Shown piece by piece: positions 15,541 to 25,145 of a DNA stretch of 38,433 nucleotides. Source of the stretch: an uncultured Bacilli bacterium (GTDB lineage Bacteria; Bacillota_I; Bacilli_A; RF39; UBA660); the NCBI GenBank assembly GCA_934085635.1, contig CAKOHL010000002.1, positions 1 through 38,433 on the forward strand, read 5' to 3'. Both the position numbers and the translations under genes were made by a program. Each line of letters opens with the position of its first letter. Position 1 is the first letter of the stretch. The notes beneath the pieces were generated by a model, which searched no databases, was not told the origin of the DNA, and saw only the letters and a program-made list of their open reading frames with translations.

Positions 15541-17337
15541 ATGAAAAAAATAACAATATATAAAATATTAAGCGGTATACTAATTTCCCTTTTGGTTATA
15601 TCAATGGGATTTATGCTTTACACTTTATCACTATTATCAGGAATAGAAACATTCTATAGAATAATGTTCTCAATCCTTTTAATACTATTTCTAATAGTAC
15701 TAACATACTCACTATTAGATAGTGTAAAAAATAACAAAAAGAAAAAAATGATTATAAGTTCAATACTAACTATCTTACTAAGCATAATATTAGGAGTAGT
15801 ATCATTCTACATCTACCGTGCTTATGTAGGGCTAGATAATCTAAACAAGAGTGAAATAACATACACAACTAAACTTATATCATATGAAAAACTAAACGTA
15901 AACGAAATAAAAGATAAAAAAATAGGTATACTTTCAAACGAAGAAGATATAACAGGATACATATTACCAAATGAAATTATTGATAAATTAAATCTATCAA
16001 AAAATAATGAAATAATAAAATATGGAGACACTATTACCCTAATGAGTGCTTTCATAAATAATGAAGTAGACTTAATATTTATAAGTGATAACTATAGAAA
16101 TATGTTTAATAACATTGAAGAATATGATAGCTCAAAAGAAATATTTGAAATAACATCATTAAAAAAAGTATATAAGAAAAAACAAGTAGAAAACACAGCA
16201 ATAGATAAAACAAAAGTAACTAAACCATTCACAATGCTACTACTTGGTATAGATAGTGAACAAGATGACATTAGAAAAAGTAGTTCATTTAATGGAGACA
16301 CAATAATGATGGTCACATTTGACCCAGAAACACTAAGTACAACAATGTTCAGTATTCCTAGAGACACATACGTAAAAATGGCTTGTGGTGGAAGAATAAC
16401 AAAAATAAATCACGCATCTTGGGGTGGAACAAGTTGTATGGTAAAAACAGTAGAAAACTTAACTGGAATAAAAATAGACTACTATGCAAAAATAAACTTT
16501 AAAGGTGTAGTAGACTTAGTTAATATACTAGATGGAATAAATGTAGACGTACCGGTAAAATTCTGTGAACAAAACTCAGATCGTCAGTGGGGCGACAAAA
16601 CGATCTGCCTTGAACCAGGAATGCAAAAATTAGATGGAGAACAAGCATTAGCCTTAGCTAGACACAGAAAAACACTTCCACTAGGAGACTTCCAAAGAGG
16701 ACAAAATCAGCAATTAGTAGTAGAAGGAATGATAGGTAGTCTTAAAAACGTAAAAAGTGTAGAAGACTTCTATAAAATACTTGATACAATTGGTAAAAAT
16801 ATGGATACAAATATGACTACAGAAGAAATGTTATCATTCTATAATATAGGTAAAAACCTACTACTAAAAAGTGGAGATGTTAACCTTAACATAACAAAAA
16901 CATTCCTAACTGGATATGACCAATATATTACTGTTGGTAACTCAAAAAGCTATACATTCCAATACTATAAACAAAGCTTAGCTGAAATAGTAAAAGCAAT
17001 GAAAATAAATCTAGGTTTACTAAAAAAAGAAGAAATAAAAACATTTAACTTTGACTTAAACACACCATATGAAAAGAAAATAATCGGTAAAACATACTAT
17101 AGTGATGAACAAAGAGTATCACTAATGCCTAACCTAAGCTCTTACACACTAGATGAAGCAAAAGCCTGGGCATCAAGAAATGGATTTACCCTAACAGTCA
17201 AAGAAGCACTAGTAGAAAGCGAAACATACACTGATGGGCAAATAATAAACCAAAGCTTAAAAGAAGGCTCACTATTAGAAGGTGCAGATAAAAACATAAC
17301 AATAACTATTGCAAAAATAAGCAATATTGATAATTAG
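15541..17337 (+). CDS. LytR-CpsA-Psr (LCP) family glycopolymer transferase with a multi-TM N-terminus and a C-terminal PASTA domain
   Basis: LCP blocks 'LLLGIDS...GDTIMMVTFDP...SIPRDTYV', 'YYAKINFKGVVDLVNILDGINVDVP' and 'LDGEQALALARHRK...GDFQRGQNQQ'. PASTA-like 'MPNLSSYTLDEAKAWASRNGFTLTV...DGQIINQSLKEGSLLEGADKNITITIA' (nt ~17125-17320). Confidence 0.8.
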   Translation: MKKITIYKILSGILISLLVISMGFMLYTLSLLSGIETFYRIMFSILLILFLIVLTYSLLDSVKNNKKKKMIISSILTILLSIILGVVSFYIYRAYVGLDNLNKSEITYTTKLISYEKLNVNEIKDKKIGILSNEEDITGYILPNEIIDKLNLSKNNEIIKYGDTITLMSAFINNEVDLIFISDNYRNMFNNIEEYDSSKEIFEITSLKKVYKKKQVENTAIDKTKVTKPFTMLLLGIDSEQDDIRKSSSFNGDTIMMVTFDPETLSTTMFSIPRDTYVKMACGGRITKINHASWGGTSCMVKTVENLTGIKIDYYAKINFKGVVDLVNILDGINVDVPVKFCEQNSDRQWGDKTICLEPGMQKLDGEQALALARHRKTLPLGDFQRGQNQQLVVEGMIGSLKNVKSVEDFYKILDTIGKNMDTNMTTEEMLSFYNIGKNLLLKSGDVNLNITKTFLTGYDQYITVGNSKSYTFQYYKQSLAEIVKAMKINLGLLKKEEIKTFNFDLNTPYEKKIIGKTYYSDEQRVSLMPNLSSYTLDEAKAWASRNGFTLTVKEALVESETYTDGQIINQSLKEGSLLEGADKNITITIAKISNIDN

Positions 17338-17364
17338 AATAGTAAAAACTATTCTTTTTATTTT
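17336..17364 (+). terminator. Intrinsic terminator after the LCP gene
   Basis: Stem AGAATAGT (17336-17343) / ACTATTCT (17348-17355), loop AAAA, then TTTTTATTTT. Confidence 0.7.
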
Positions 17365-17395
17365 AAATGTTGTATAATTAAATAGGTGACTAAAA

Positions 17396-18367
17396 ATGAA
17401 AATATGTATAATTGGATCAGGAGCATATGGTATATCATTAGCTTCTAGATTAATAAAAAACAACCACGAAGTAGTATGCTACTCAAACAACAAAGAAGAA
17501 GTTAATATACTAACAAAAGAAAGAAAATCAGACAAACTAAAAGGTTATAAAGTACCAAAAGAAATAAACTTTACAACAAACATCAAAAGTGCAATAAAAG
17601 GAAGCGTGCTTGTAATATTTGCTCTTCCCGCAGTCGCACTAGACGAAGTAACTAAAAAAAGTAGTAAATACATAACAGAAAATATGCACATAGTAATAGC
17701 AACAAAAGGAATAGAAAACAACACCTGTGCTTTTCTAAATGAAATAGTAGAAAGAAATATAAACACAAATAAAATAGCAATAATAAGTGGCCCAACATTT
17801 GCAGTAGACATTAAAACAGATACCCCAATTGGACTTACACTTGCAACAACTAACATAGACACAAAAGAAGTAGTAAAAAATTTGTTAGAAAGCAAAATAA
17901 CTAAAATAAGAACAACACAAGACCTAGTAGGAGTAGAAATATGTGGTGCAATAAAAAATGTAATGGCAATCGCATCAGGTATGCTAGGTGGAATGAATGC
18001 ACTAGACTCAACAAAAGCTTTATTTTTAACTGAAGCATTAAACGACATAAAAGAATTAATAGATGCTCTAGGTGGCAACAAAAAAACAATACTATCATAT
18101 GCAGGATTCGGAGACATACTAATGACTTGCACAAGCACAAACAGTAGAAACTACACATATGGCAAACTAATCGGAGAAGGAAAATTAAAAGAGGCTGAAG
18201 AATATGCGAAAACAACAACAGTAGAAGGACTATACACCCTAAGAAGTGTAAAAGAACTAATAAAAAAAGAAAATGTTAAAATGCCAATAATAGACTTAAT
18301 AAGTGACATCATATGTGGAAACCAAGACAAAGAAAGTATGCTAACATTTTTAATAGAAAAAAAATAA
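17396..18367 (+). CDS. gpsA: NAD(P)H-dependent glycerol-3-phosphate dehydrogenase
   Basis: Contains 'MKICIIGSGAYGISLA' (Rossmann), 'GPTFA', 'GAIKNVMAIASGM' and 'TCTSTNSRNYTYG'. Confidence 0.9.
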   Translation: MKICIIGSGAYGISLASRLIKNNHEVVCYSNNKEEVNILTKERKSDKLKGYKVPKEINFTTNIKSAIKGSVLVIFALPAVALDEVTKKSSKYITENMHIVIATKGIENNTCAFLNEIVERNINTNKIAIISGPTFAVDIKTDTPIGLTLATTNIDTKEVVKNLLESKITKIRTTQDLVGVEICGAIKNVMAIASGMLGGMNALDSTKALFLTEALNDIKELIDALGGNKKTILSYAGFGDILMTCTSTNSRNYTYGKLIGEGKLKEAEEYAKTTTVEGLYTLRSVKELIKKENVKMPIIDLISDIICGNQDKESMLTFLIEKK

Positions 18368-18435
18368 TAATGGCCTAATTTTTATAAATTGATTATCTAA
18401 ACAATATATAGTATAATATCTTTGGTGACAAATAT

Positions 18436-19362
18436 ATGAAAAAATGCGCAGTTATATATAATCCAGAAAGTGGTAGACCAGTTGATAAAAAGAATCTAAA
18501 AGACTTACCAGAGATATTAAAAGCAAATGACTATGAGGCACTTATGTGTCCTACTAAAAAAGCTAAAGATACAATAAACATAATAAAAGATTTACCAGAT
18601 GACATAGATTTAGTAATATGTGCTGGAGGAGATGGAACTCTTAACGAAGGAATAACTGGTAACCTAATGAGAGATAAAAAACTACTAATAAGCCAATTAC
18701 CAGTAGGTACAATGAATGATGTAGGTACAATGTATGGCTTCACAAAAAATATGTTAATAAATGCACAAATGGTATTAAACGGTACTAATAAAAACATAGA
18801 CGTATGTATGATAAACAAAGTACCTTTTGTATACGTTGCTTGCTTAGGTAGCTATGTAAGTGTAAGTTATAGTACACCTAGGGAATATAAGAAGAAATAT
18901 GGACGACTAGCATACATCTTTAATGCACTTCACGCTTTAAGAGGAGAAGTTAAACTTTTTGATTTATCCTATGAAGTAGATGGAATCAAAAAAGAAGGTA
19001 CATACTCTTTTATATTTATAACAAACACAAGTAGAATGGGTGGAGTATCTAACATATACGATGACATTAAACTAAATGATAATAGATTTGAAGTAATACT
19101 AATAAGTGCAAAAAAGAAAACCGAATTAGTCTTACTTGCTAACAAAGTATTAACAGGAAAAGTAAGAAATATGCCTGGACTTGAATATTATAAAACTGAT
19201 AGCTTTAAAATAACATTTAAAGATGTACCACAAAGCTGGGTACTTGATGGTGAAGAATTCAAACACAACACTAAAACATTTGAATTTTCAATTAACAAAG
19301 ACATAACTATGAGAGTACCAAGCAAAAACATAGTAAAACTATTTATAGACGACGAGGAGTAA
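18436..19362 (+). CDS. Diacylglycerol kinase-family lipid kinase (DagK/YegS-like)
   Basis: 'GGDGTLNEG' catalytic-domain motif and 'LPVGTMNDV'; 308 aa. Confidence 0.8.
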   Translation: MKKCAVIYNPESGRPVDKKNLKDLPEILKANDYEALMCPTKKAKDTINIIKDLPDDIDLVICAGGDGTLNEGITGNLMRDKKLLISQLPVGTMNDVGTMYGFTKNMLINAQMVLNGTNKNIDVCMINKVPFVYVACLGSYVSVSYSTPREYKKKYGRLAYIFNALHALRGEVKLFDLSYEVDGIKKEGTYSFIFITNTSRMGGVSNIYDDIKLNDNRFEVILISAKKKTELVLLANKVLTGKVRNMPGLEYYKTDSFKITFKDVPQSWVLDGEEFKHNTKTFEFSINKDITMRVPSKNIVKLFIDDEE

Positions 19363-19368
19363 AAAAAT

Positions 19369-20226
19369 ATGCTGTATGTAAACAAAGATAGACAAGATAA
19401 TATGGACTACGACAAAGAAAGCAAAGCTGTAAATTTCTTCTACGGCACAAAAATAGGTAGATTCTTAATAAAAATAATATCGCTTCCAATATTCTCTAAA
19501 ATAATGGGACTATTTCTAAGTAGTAGAATATCTAAACTAATGATAAAACCATTTATTAAAAAGAATAGCATAGATATAAATCTCTATGAACAAAAAAAAT
19601 ACAAATCATTTAATGATTTTTTTGTAAGAAAAAAGAAAAATATTATAATAGACAAAAACAAAAAAATGTTAATAAGTCCCTGTGATGCCAAACTAACAGT
19701 ATATGACATAAATGAATTTTCTTGCTTTGAAATAAAGGATTCTTTTTATAGTTTAAAAGATTTGGTAAATAATAATGAAATATATAAAGATTTTATAGAT
19801 GGACAACTCTTAATATTTAGACTATGTAAAGATGACTATCATAGATATCACTACATAGATAATGGTTATCAAGAAGAAAATAATTTTGTAAAAGGTGTAT
19901 TAAATACAGTAAGACCTATTGCTTATAGAAAGTGTAAAGTCTTTAAAAGAAACTCAAGAGAATATACTATCTTACAAACAGAAAACTTTGGTAATGTACT
20001 AGAAGTTGAAGTAGGTGCTGTTATGGTAGGTAAAATTAAAAACTTACACGAAAACTATAAATTCAAAAAGGGAGAAGAAAAAGGCATGTTTTTATTTGGT
20101 GGTTCGACCATATGCCTAGCATTTCAAAAAGGAAGTATTAAACTAGATAAAGATATACTAAATAACTCAGTTAGAAACATAGAAACAATAGTTAAATGTG
20201 GAGAAAAAATAGGTATAAAAAATTAG
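19369..20226 (+). CDS. psd: Phosphatidylserine decarboxylase proenzyme
   Basis: Contains 'SPCDAKL' and 'DYHRYHY', plus the self-cleavage region 'FLFGGSTI' (GST). RBS GAGGAG lies 9 nt upstream of the ATG. Confidence 0.8.
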   Translation: MLYVNKDRQDNMDYDKESKAVNFFYGTKIGRFLIKIISLPIFSKIMGLFLSSRISKLMIKPFIKKNSIDINLYEQKKYKSFNDFFVRKKKNIIIDKNKKMLISPCDAKLTVYDINEFSCFEIKDSFYSLKDLVNNNEIYKDFIDGQLLIFRLCKDDYHRYHYIDNGYQEENNFVKGVLNTVRPIAYRKCKVFKRNSREYTILQTENFGNVLEVEVGAVMVGKIKNLHENYKFKKGEEKGMFLFGGSTICLAFQKGSIKLDKDILNNSVRNIETIVKCGEKIGIKN

Positions 20227-20258
20227 GATATAGATGATTAGTCTATATCCTTTAATTT
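20226..20258 (+). terminator. Intrinsic terminator after psd
   Basis: Perfect 9-bp stem GGATATAGA (20226-20234) / TCTATATCC (20242-20250), then TTTAATTTT. Confidence 0.65.
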
Positions 20259-20457
20259 TACTTGTTCAACATCAAAGTTTCTTTGATTTATCTTATTTTC
20301 TATACTAGTGGTAGCAATATAATCATTACTCATTCTATGAGTAAGTCTAACACCATTATACCAAGAAGTAAACAAACTATTTAATTAACAGTGATATATA
20401 ATTAAAAGGTATTAACTAAGTAAAAAGGCATGTAATTAACCAAATTAAATATGTTTT

Positions 20458-21600
20458 CTAATCAAGTTTCTCTTTATGTTCTATCTTAGTCCACTCATCA
20501 TCCTTTGAAAAAATAGCCTTAAATAAACAAAGTACATAAGTTAAAAGTAAAAGTGGGTTCATTAATATTGTTTTAATATAAAGTTTAAAATCAATATCTA
20601 ATTTCTCTAAATGAATTAAATAAATTGTAAAAATAATTAATCCTAAATAAATAGCAAATATAGTGAAAAGTGGATGATTTAATAAAATAGGAAGTATACC
20701 TAATATAATAAATATCAAATCAACAACACCAACCTCACTATTATAAACTGACTTAAAATTATTATTACTTAAATTAAGGGCGCTATCGAGTTTACAAGCA
20801 TACTTTCTTCTTGCTTCAAAATATCCTTTAACCCATCTAGTTCTTTGATTAAAATATGCCTTATAAGTAGTAGGTTGCTCATCATAAAAAATAGCTTTAT
20901 CATTATATTTCATAGTCAAATTATTAACAGTTGCATAAAGTGAAATCTCATAATCTTCAGTAAGTGTATGAAATGGATAAGTCTTAAACTCATTAATAAC
21001 TTTACCAGTAATATAAAAACCAGTACCAGAAGCATTTAAATTAAGATTATTTTTACTTTTATTTTTATTATCCACTTCATTAATCAAAGTGAAAATAAGA
21101 TGACTAGAAGTACTTATACTATTAGTTTTATTTTTTATCTTTCTCTTACCAATCCCAATATCATACCCTTCTTTATAAGTCTCTTCCATATATTTAAAAT
21201 AATCTTTATCTAAAACATTATCTGCATCAAATATAAAATAAGCGTTATACTCTTTATCCTTTGTAATCTTTTCTATTGCCTCCATAAGAGCATATCCTTT
21301 TCTTTTTAAATCTAACTTTTCTCTAATAATGACATTAGCTCCATACTTTCTAGCAATACTATTTGTCTTATCATTAATACTTTCAGTAATAACATATACA
21401 TCCTTAAAAGACACTTTAAGTGACTGGTTCTTAATACTAATAAGTAAATCTTCTATAACTTTACTCTCATCTCTTGCAGGAATTAAAATAGCAAAATTAC
21501 TAAGTTTATTATAAGTTTTAGTTGGTTTAATTCCCTTTAAATATCTAAAAATAATCTTTGATATAAAAAGAAAAAGTCCAATAATTAAAAATGGATTCAT
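20458..21600 (-). CDS. Membrane-bound family-2 glycosyltransferase
   Basis: N-terminal TM, 'ILIPARDESKVIEDLL', 'FDADN' (DXD), 'QRTRWVKG' (QxxRW-like) and C-terminal TM helices. Confidence 0.8.
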   Translation of the reverse strand: MNPFLIIGLFLFISKIIFRYLKGIKPTKTYNKLSNFAILIPARDESKVIEDLLISIKNQSLKVSFKDVYVITESINDKTNSIARKYGANVIIREKLDLKRKGYALMEAIEKITKDKEYNAYFIFDADNVLDKDYFKYMEETYKEGYDIGIGKRKIKNKTNSISTSSHLIFTLINEVDNKNKSKNNLNLNASGTGFYITGKVINEFKTYPFHTLTEDYEISLYATVNNLTMKYNDKAIFYDEQPTTYKAYFNQRTRWVKGYFEARRKYACKLDSALNLSNNNFKSVYNSEVGVVDLIFIILGILPILLNHPLFTIFAIYLGLIIFTIYLIHLEKLDIDFKLYIKTILMNPLLLLTYVLCLFKAIFSKDDEWTKIEHKEKLD

Positions 21601-22271
21601 TTCTTCACCTTTACTTTCATATTAGGGTAGGCTTTTTTAAGTCGTTCATCATCATAATACTTATCAAAGAACTCCCCAATTGGAGTATAAGCAGGAATAT
21701 TTTCTCTTCTTAAATTCTGCCTAATAACTGCCCCAAAAGATATAAACATATCAACAAGTATAATAACAAGAAGCACTTTAGTTATGTTCATGCCTTTCTC
21801 ATAAGGAATTTTATATATAAGTTTACAAAGAAATGGATAAACTACTTTAACAAAAACTAAACAAATTATACCCCATAAAAGCATAATAGGAAAAGTAGTT
21901 CTACCATTAATATCAAGTACCTTATTAGCATAATTCCACGATGTAGTACCGGTAAATACTTCTTGTAAATAACTAATAACATACTCAGTCGCACCACCTA
22001 AAAGGGATCCATAAGCAAGTATCTGATACCACTTATAATTCTTCTCAGCTAAAAAATAAGTCATAATAACCGCGCCAAGTCCATAAACAGGACTAAGTGG
22101 GAAGTAAATTAAACCTCTTCTAACTTCCCAGAAAATAGATCCATCTCTTAAATAATGCCTAACTAAATTAAGAATCATTTCATAATAATTTCCAAACAAA
22201 CACCCGATTAGAAATATAACAAATAATTTAGTCAAACATATCCCTTCTCCAAATATTCTTTTTTCTTCCAT
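21597..22271 (-). CDS. Polytopic membrane protein ('putative ABC-transporter type IV', PF06541-like)
   Basis: Five to six TM segments; 'YFPLSPVYGLGAVIM' matches my recollection of that family. Its stop overlaps the GT2 start by 4 nt. Confidence 0.5.
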   Translation of the reverse strand: MEEKRIFGEGICLTKLFVIFLIGCLFGNYYEMILNLVRHYLRDGSIFWEVRRGLIYFPLSPVYGLGAVIMTYFLAEKNYKWYQILAYGSLLGGATEYVISYLQEVFTGTTSWNYANKVLDINGRTTFPIMLLWGIICLVFVKVVYPFLCKLIYKIPYEKGMNITKVLLVIILVDMFISFGAVIRQNLRRENIPAYTPIGEFFDKYYDDERLKKAYPNMKVKVKK

Positions 22272-22283
22272 ACTACCTCACAC

Positions 22284-24392
22284 TCATACTCGTTTAACTA
22301 ATTTTTTACCTTCAGCCTCAGTAAGTGTTAAATTATCTACTAACTTATAATAAATCATTTTATCAGCATAAGAAGCGTCTAACAAATTAAGTAAAACTTT
22401 ATGTCCAACTTTATAAGTTCTTTCTGTATCAGTACCTTTAAGTTTTCCACCTGGAGTCAAATAAGTCATCTCAGGCATATTATCACTATAAACAATACCA
22501 TCCATAAGTCCAGGCACTCTTACTTTAATATAAGAAGGACTAACCATCTCAATAAACCCAATTCTCTCTTCTCCAATATGACTCTTAATATAATTAATTA
22601 CTTGAAGTTTATCAGCTTCATACTCAGCCTTATCGGCTTGTCTTTCCATAAACGAAGACCTTTCACACAAATCTATTAATAAATTATTAATTTGCTCTAA
22701 CTTCTCCATATTTACTTCTTCACTCTCATATAAATCAATTAAATGATGAACAATTAAATCCGGAAGCCTTCTAATAGGGCTAGTATAATGTGTATAACTT
22801 TCTAACGCAAGCCCAAAATGTCCTTCATTCTCAACACTATAATAAGCAAGCTTTAAACTCCTTAAAATAATCTCACTAATAACACTAAACTCTTCCTTAT
22901 CTCTAAAATCTTTAATAAGTCTTTGAAGCAAGAAAGAAGTCTTCATATTCTTTAAATTATTAGTATGATAACCAAGTTCCTTTAACTTATAAAGAAGTTC
23001 ATTAACCTTAAATTCACTAGGATAACCATGACATCTATATATAAATGGTAAACAAAATAAAGTAGTAACTAAATGATTAGGAATTAACATAAAGTTTTCT
23101 ATAAGCTCGTGACTCTCTAAATTATCTTCAACCTTAATATCAACAGTATTACAAAGTGAATCAAGTTTAAACTTTAACTCTTCATTAACAAGTCCAATGT
23201 ATCCTCTTTCATTCTTAATATTACTAAGTTTTCTAGACAATTCTGCCATTAACTTTAACTCTTTAGCAAAATTTTCATATCCCTCTGGTACTTCTTTAGA
23301 AGTTATAATTTTAGAAACATCATCATAGTTCATTTTCTTCTTAGATCTGATAACAGACTTATATGTCTTAAAATCTAATATCTTACCAGTAGGACTAAAA
23401 GTAATATCTGTAGTTCTAGTAAGCCTATCTTCATTTTCATTTAAACTACATATACCATTAGAAATCTCAAAAGGAAGCATAGGTACTACTGAATTAGGAA
23501 AATATACTGATGTAGTTCTTCTAGCAGCTTCCTTAAAAATCTCAGAATCTAATTTAACATAATGAGACACATGTGCAATATGAACTGACAAAACATAATT
23601 ACCATTATCTAACTTCTTAATAGAAACTGCATCATCCATATCCTTACAATCACTACCATCTATGGTAAAAATATTCTCATTTCTAAGATCAACTCTACCT
23701 ATAGTATCTTCTTCTCTAACCTTAGTAGGAATCTTTCTAACTTCTTCCATAACTTTATCGGGAAACTCTAAATTAAACCCATATCCATAAGCAATAGTTT
23801 TAAAATCAATATCTGGATCATTAATATTACCAATAGTTTTAACATACTTACCAACATACATATCATCATACTTTTCAGTAGTAGTATTAACAAGTACCCT
23901 TTGTCCCACAAGAAGCTTCTTCATATCCTTAGTACCAATAGTAACCTTTAAATTATTATTAGTATTAATAGGATATAAATACTTCTTACCATCACTATTA
24001 ATTCTAACCTCACATACTACATTAGGAAGTCTTCTAATTAAAATCTTCTCAACATTATATTGATTATCTTTATAACTAACAATAACCTTATCATATGTAA
24101 GTGCACCATTTAAATTTTTAGGCCTTATAAGAACTTGATTACCATTAATCATAACATACTTAGTATTCTTAGTAGTAGAAGACACTTCTGTAACAAAAAA
24201 ATTAGAAGGGAATTTCTTGTACAAACCATCTTTATCTTCATACAAAAGACCTTCTAATTCAAATGAAAGAAGCATATTTCTAATATCATCATCCATATGC
24301 TTTCTACTAACCCCTAAAAATCTTTTTATCCCGCTAAAAGTCATAGCTTCAAACTTATCACTATTTATATAGTCTAAAAGTTGCTTTTTCAT
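22284..24392 (-). CDS. rnr: Ribonuclease R (RNB-family 3'-5' exoribonuclease)
   Basis: RNB motifs 'FTIDGSDCKDMDDAVS', 'VHIAHVSHYV', 'RTTSVYFPNSVVPMLP' and 'HFGLALESYTHYTSPIRRLPDLIVHH', with a C-terminal S1-like region. Confidence 0.9.
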   Translation of the reverse strand: MKKQLLDYINSDKFEAMTFSGIKRFLGVSRKHMDDDIRNMLLSFELEGLLYEDKDGLYKKFPSNFFVTEVSSTTKNTKYVMINGNQVLIRPKNLNGALTYDKVIVSYKDNQYNVEKILIRRLPNVVCEVRINSDGKKYLYPINTNNNLKVTIGTKDMKKLLVGQRVLVNTTTEKYDDMYVGKYVKTIGNINDPDIDFKTIAYGYGFNLEFPDKVMEEVRKIPTKVREEDTIGRVDLRNENIFTIDGSDCKDMDDAVSIKKLDNGNYVLSVHIAHVSHYVKLDSEIFKEAARRTTSVYFPNSVVPMLPFEISNGICSLNENEDRLTRTTDITFSPTGKILDFKTYKSVIRSKKKMNYDDVSKIITSKEVPEGYENFAKELKLMAELSRKLSNIKNERGYIGLVNEELKFKLDSLCNTVDIKVEDNLESHELIENFMLIPNHLVTTLFCLPFIYRCHGYPSEFKVNELLYKLKELGYHTNNLKNMKTSFLLQRLIKDFRDKEEFSVISEIILRSLKLAYYSVENEGHFGLALESYTHYTSPIRRLPDLIVHHLIDLYESEEVNMEKLEQINNLLIDLCERSSFMERQADKAEYEADKLQVINYIKSHIGEERIGFIEMVSPSYIKVRVPGLMDGIVYSDNMPEMTYLTPGGKLKGTDTERTYKVGHKVLLNLLDASYADKMIYYKLVDNLTLTEAEGKKLVKRV

Positions 24393-24481
24393 AATACCAC
24401 CCTCTAACTTAATTTAAACATAAAATTAATAAATTGTCCACAAATTACTCATTAAAATATAAAAAAACAAAATCTTCTCAC

Positions 24482-24510
24482 TTGTTAAAAATAAAAATAT
24501 ATCTTATAAT
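24482..24510 (+). promoter_or_regulatory. Sigma-A-type promoter
   Basis: TTGTTA (24482-24487), a 17-nt spacer, then TATAAT (24505-24510), upstream of the CDS at 24543. Confidence 0.4.
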
Positions 24511-24542
24511 AAAATTGTAATTCATATATGAGGAGGTAATAA

Positions 24543-25136
24543 ATGAAAAAAATACTAATTATGTTTTCACTTGTTATTATTTCACTAATGCCTAATATAT
24601 TAAATGCAGAAATAAAAAGTGAAACACTACCAGAAGCTTTAAAAGCAGAAAACATTGATACTAATATTAACTATAAAGAAGATGATAACCAAGTAACAAT
24701 ATACTTTTTTAGGGAGCAAGGAGAATCAAAAAGTAGAGAATTCCTAGAACATATGAATAGTATATATGATAGATATGGTGTATTCTTTAAAATGAGAATA
24801 TATGAAGTAAGTAATAACAAAGATAACTATGAACTAATGATGAACACATTTGATTATTTACAAGGTAATTTAACTGGTGCACCATTTATAATGATTGGGC
24901 AAACTTACTTTATAACATATAATGATAGTGTTAATGAAAACATAGAAAAAGCATTCTTAGAAATGTATCAAAGTGGTAGTAAAAAAGATGTAGTAAAAGA
25001 AGTAATGACTAAATATTATAGAAACTATACACTTATCTTATCTGTAGTATTTACAATAATAACTTCTATAGTAGTATTAATAACTTATTTAACTATTAAA
25101 AATATTAAAGAAAACAAAAAAGCGAAAAATTCATAA
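24543..25136 (+). CDS. Hypothetical exported protein with a C-terminal membrane anchor
   Basis: Signal peptide 'MKKILIMFSLVIISLMPNILNA', C-terminal TM 'LILSVVFTIITSIVVLITYL' and a strong RBS GAGGAGG. No recognisable catalytic motif. Confidence 0.6.
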   Translation: MKKILIMFSLVIISLMPNILNAEIKSETLPEALKAENIDTNINYKEDDNQVTIYFFREQGESKSREFLEHMNSIYDRYGVFFKMRIYEVSNNKDNYELMMNTFDYLQGNLTGAPFIMIGQTYFITYNDSVNENIEKAFLEMYQSGSKKDVVKEVMTKYYRNYTLILSVVFTIITSIVVLITYLTIKNIKENKKAKNS

Positions 25137-25145
25137 TCGCTTTTT
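25117..25145. terminator. Bidirectional intrinsic terminator
   Basis: Stem AAAAGCGA / TCGCTTTT with A- and T-runs on both sides. Overlaps the stops of both convergent genes. Confidence 0.55.

Noticed and set aside
17545-18138. A 197-aa minus-strand ORF, plus a 105-aa ORF at 17901-18218, antisense to gpsA.
   Set aside because: Both lie entirely inside a well-supported gene. Their Leu/Phe/Ser/Ile-rich composition is what the complement of an A-rich coding strand produces. No RBS and no motif. The same reasoning applies to the other nested antisense ORFs in the track, including 6526-6804, 7145-7345, 8120-8383, 9719-9976, 10379-10686, 10729-10995, 11068-11367, 12165-12500, 13018-13935, 13875-14363, 14421-15102, 15822-16367, 17142-17463, 18531-18818, 19188-19385, 21329-21514, 22401-22679, 25310-25603, 25645-25827, 26346-26528, 26676-27199, 27799-28200, 28402-28929, 29771-29968, 33346-33576, 34123-34374, 34635-34829, 34973-35374 and 36505-36696.
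20260-20400. The minus-strand reading frame ...SLFTSWYNGVRLTHRMSNDYIATTSIENKINQRNFDVEQ* faintly resembles the C-terminus of an ISL3-type transposase (SNG.IEG.NNKIK...RNF). An extended -10-like TGGTATAAT lies just upstream.
   Set aside because: Only ~45 codons, bounded by a stop upstream, and the similarity is loose and from memory. No inverted repeats or the rest of a transposase are present. It is at best a heavily decayed remnant and is not callable.
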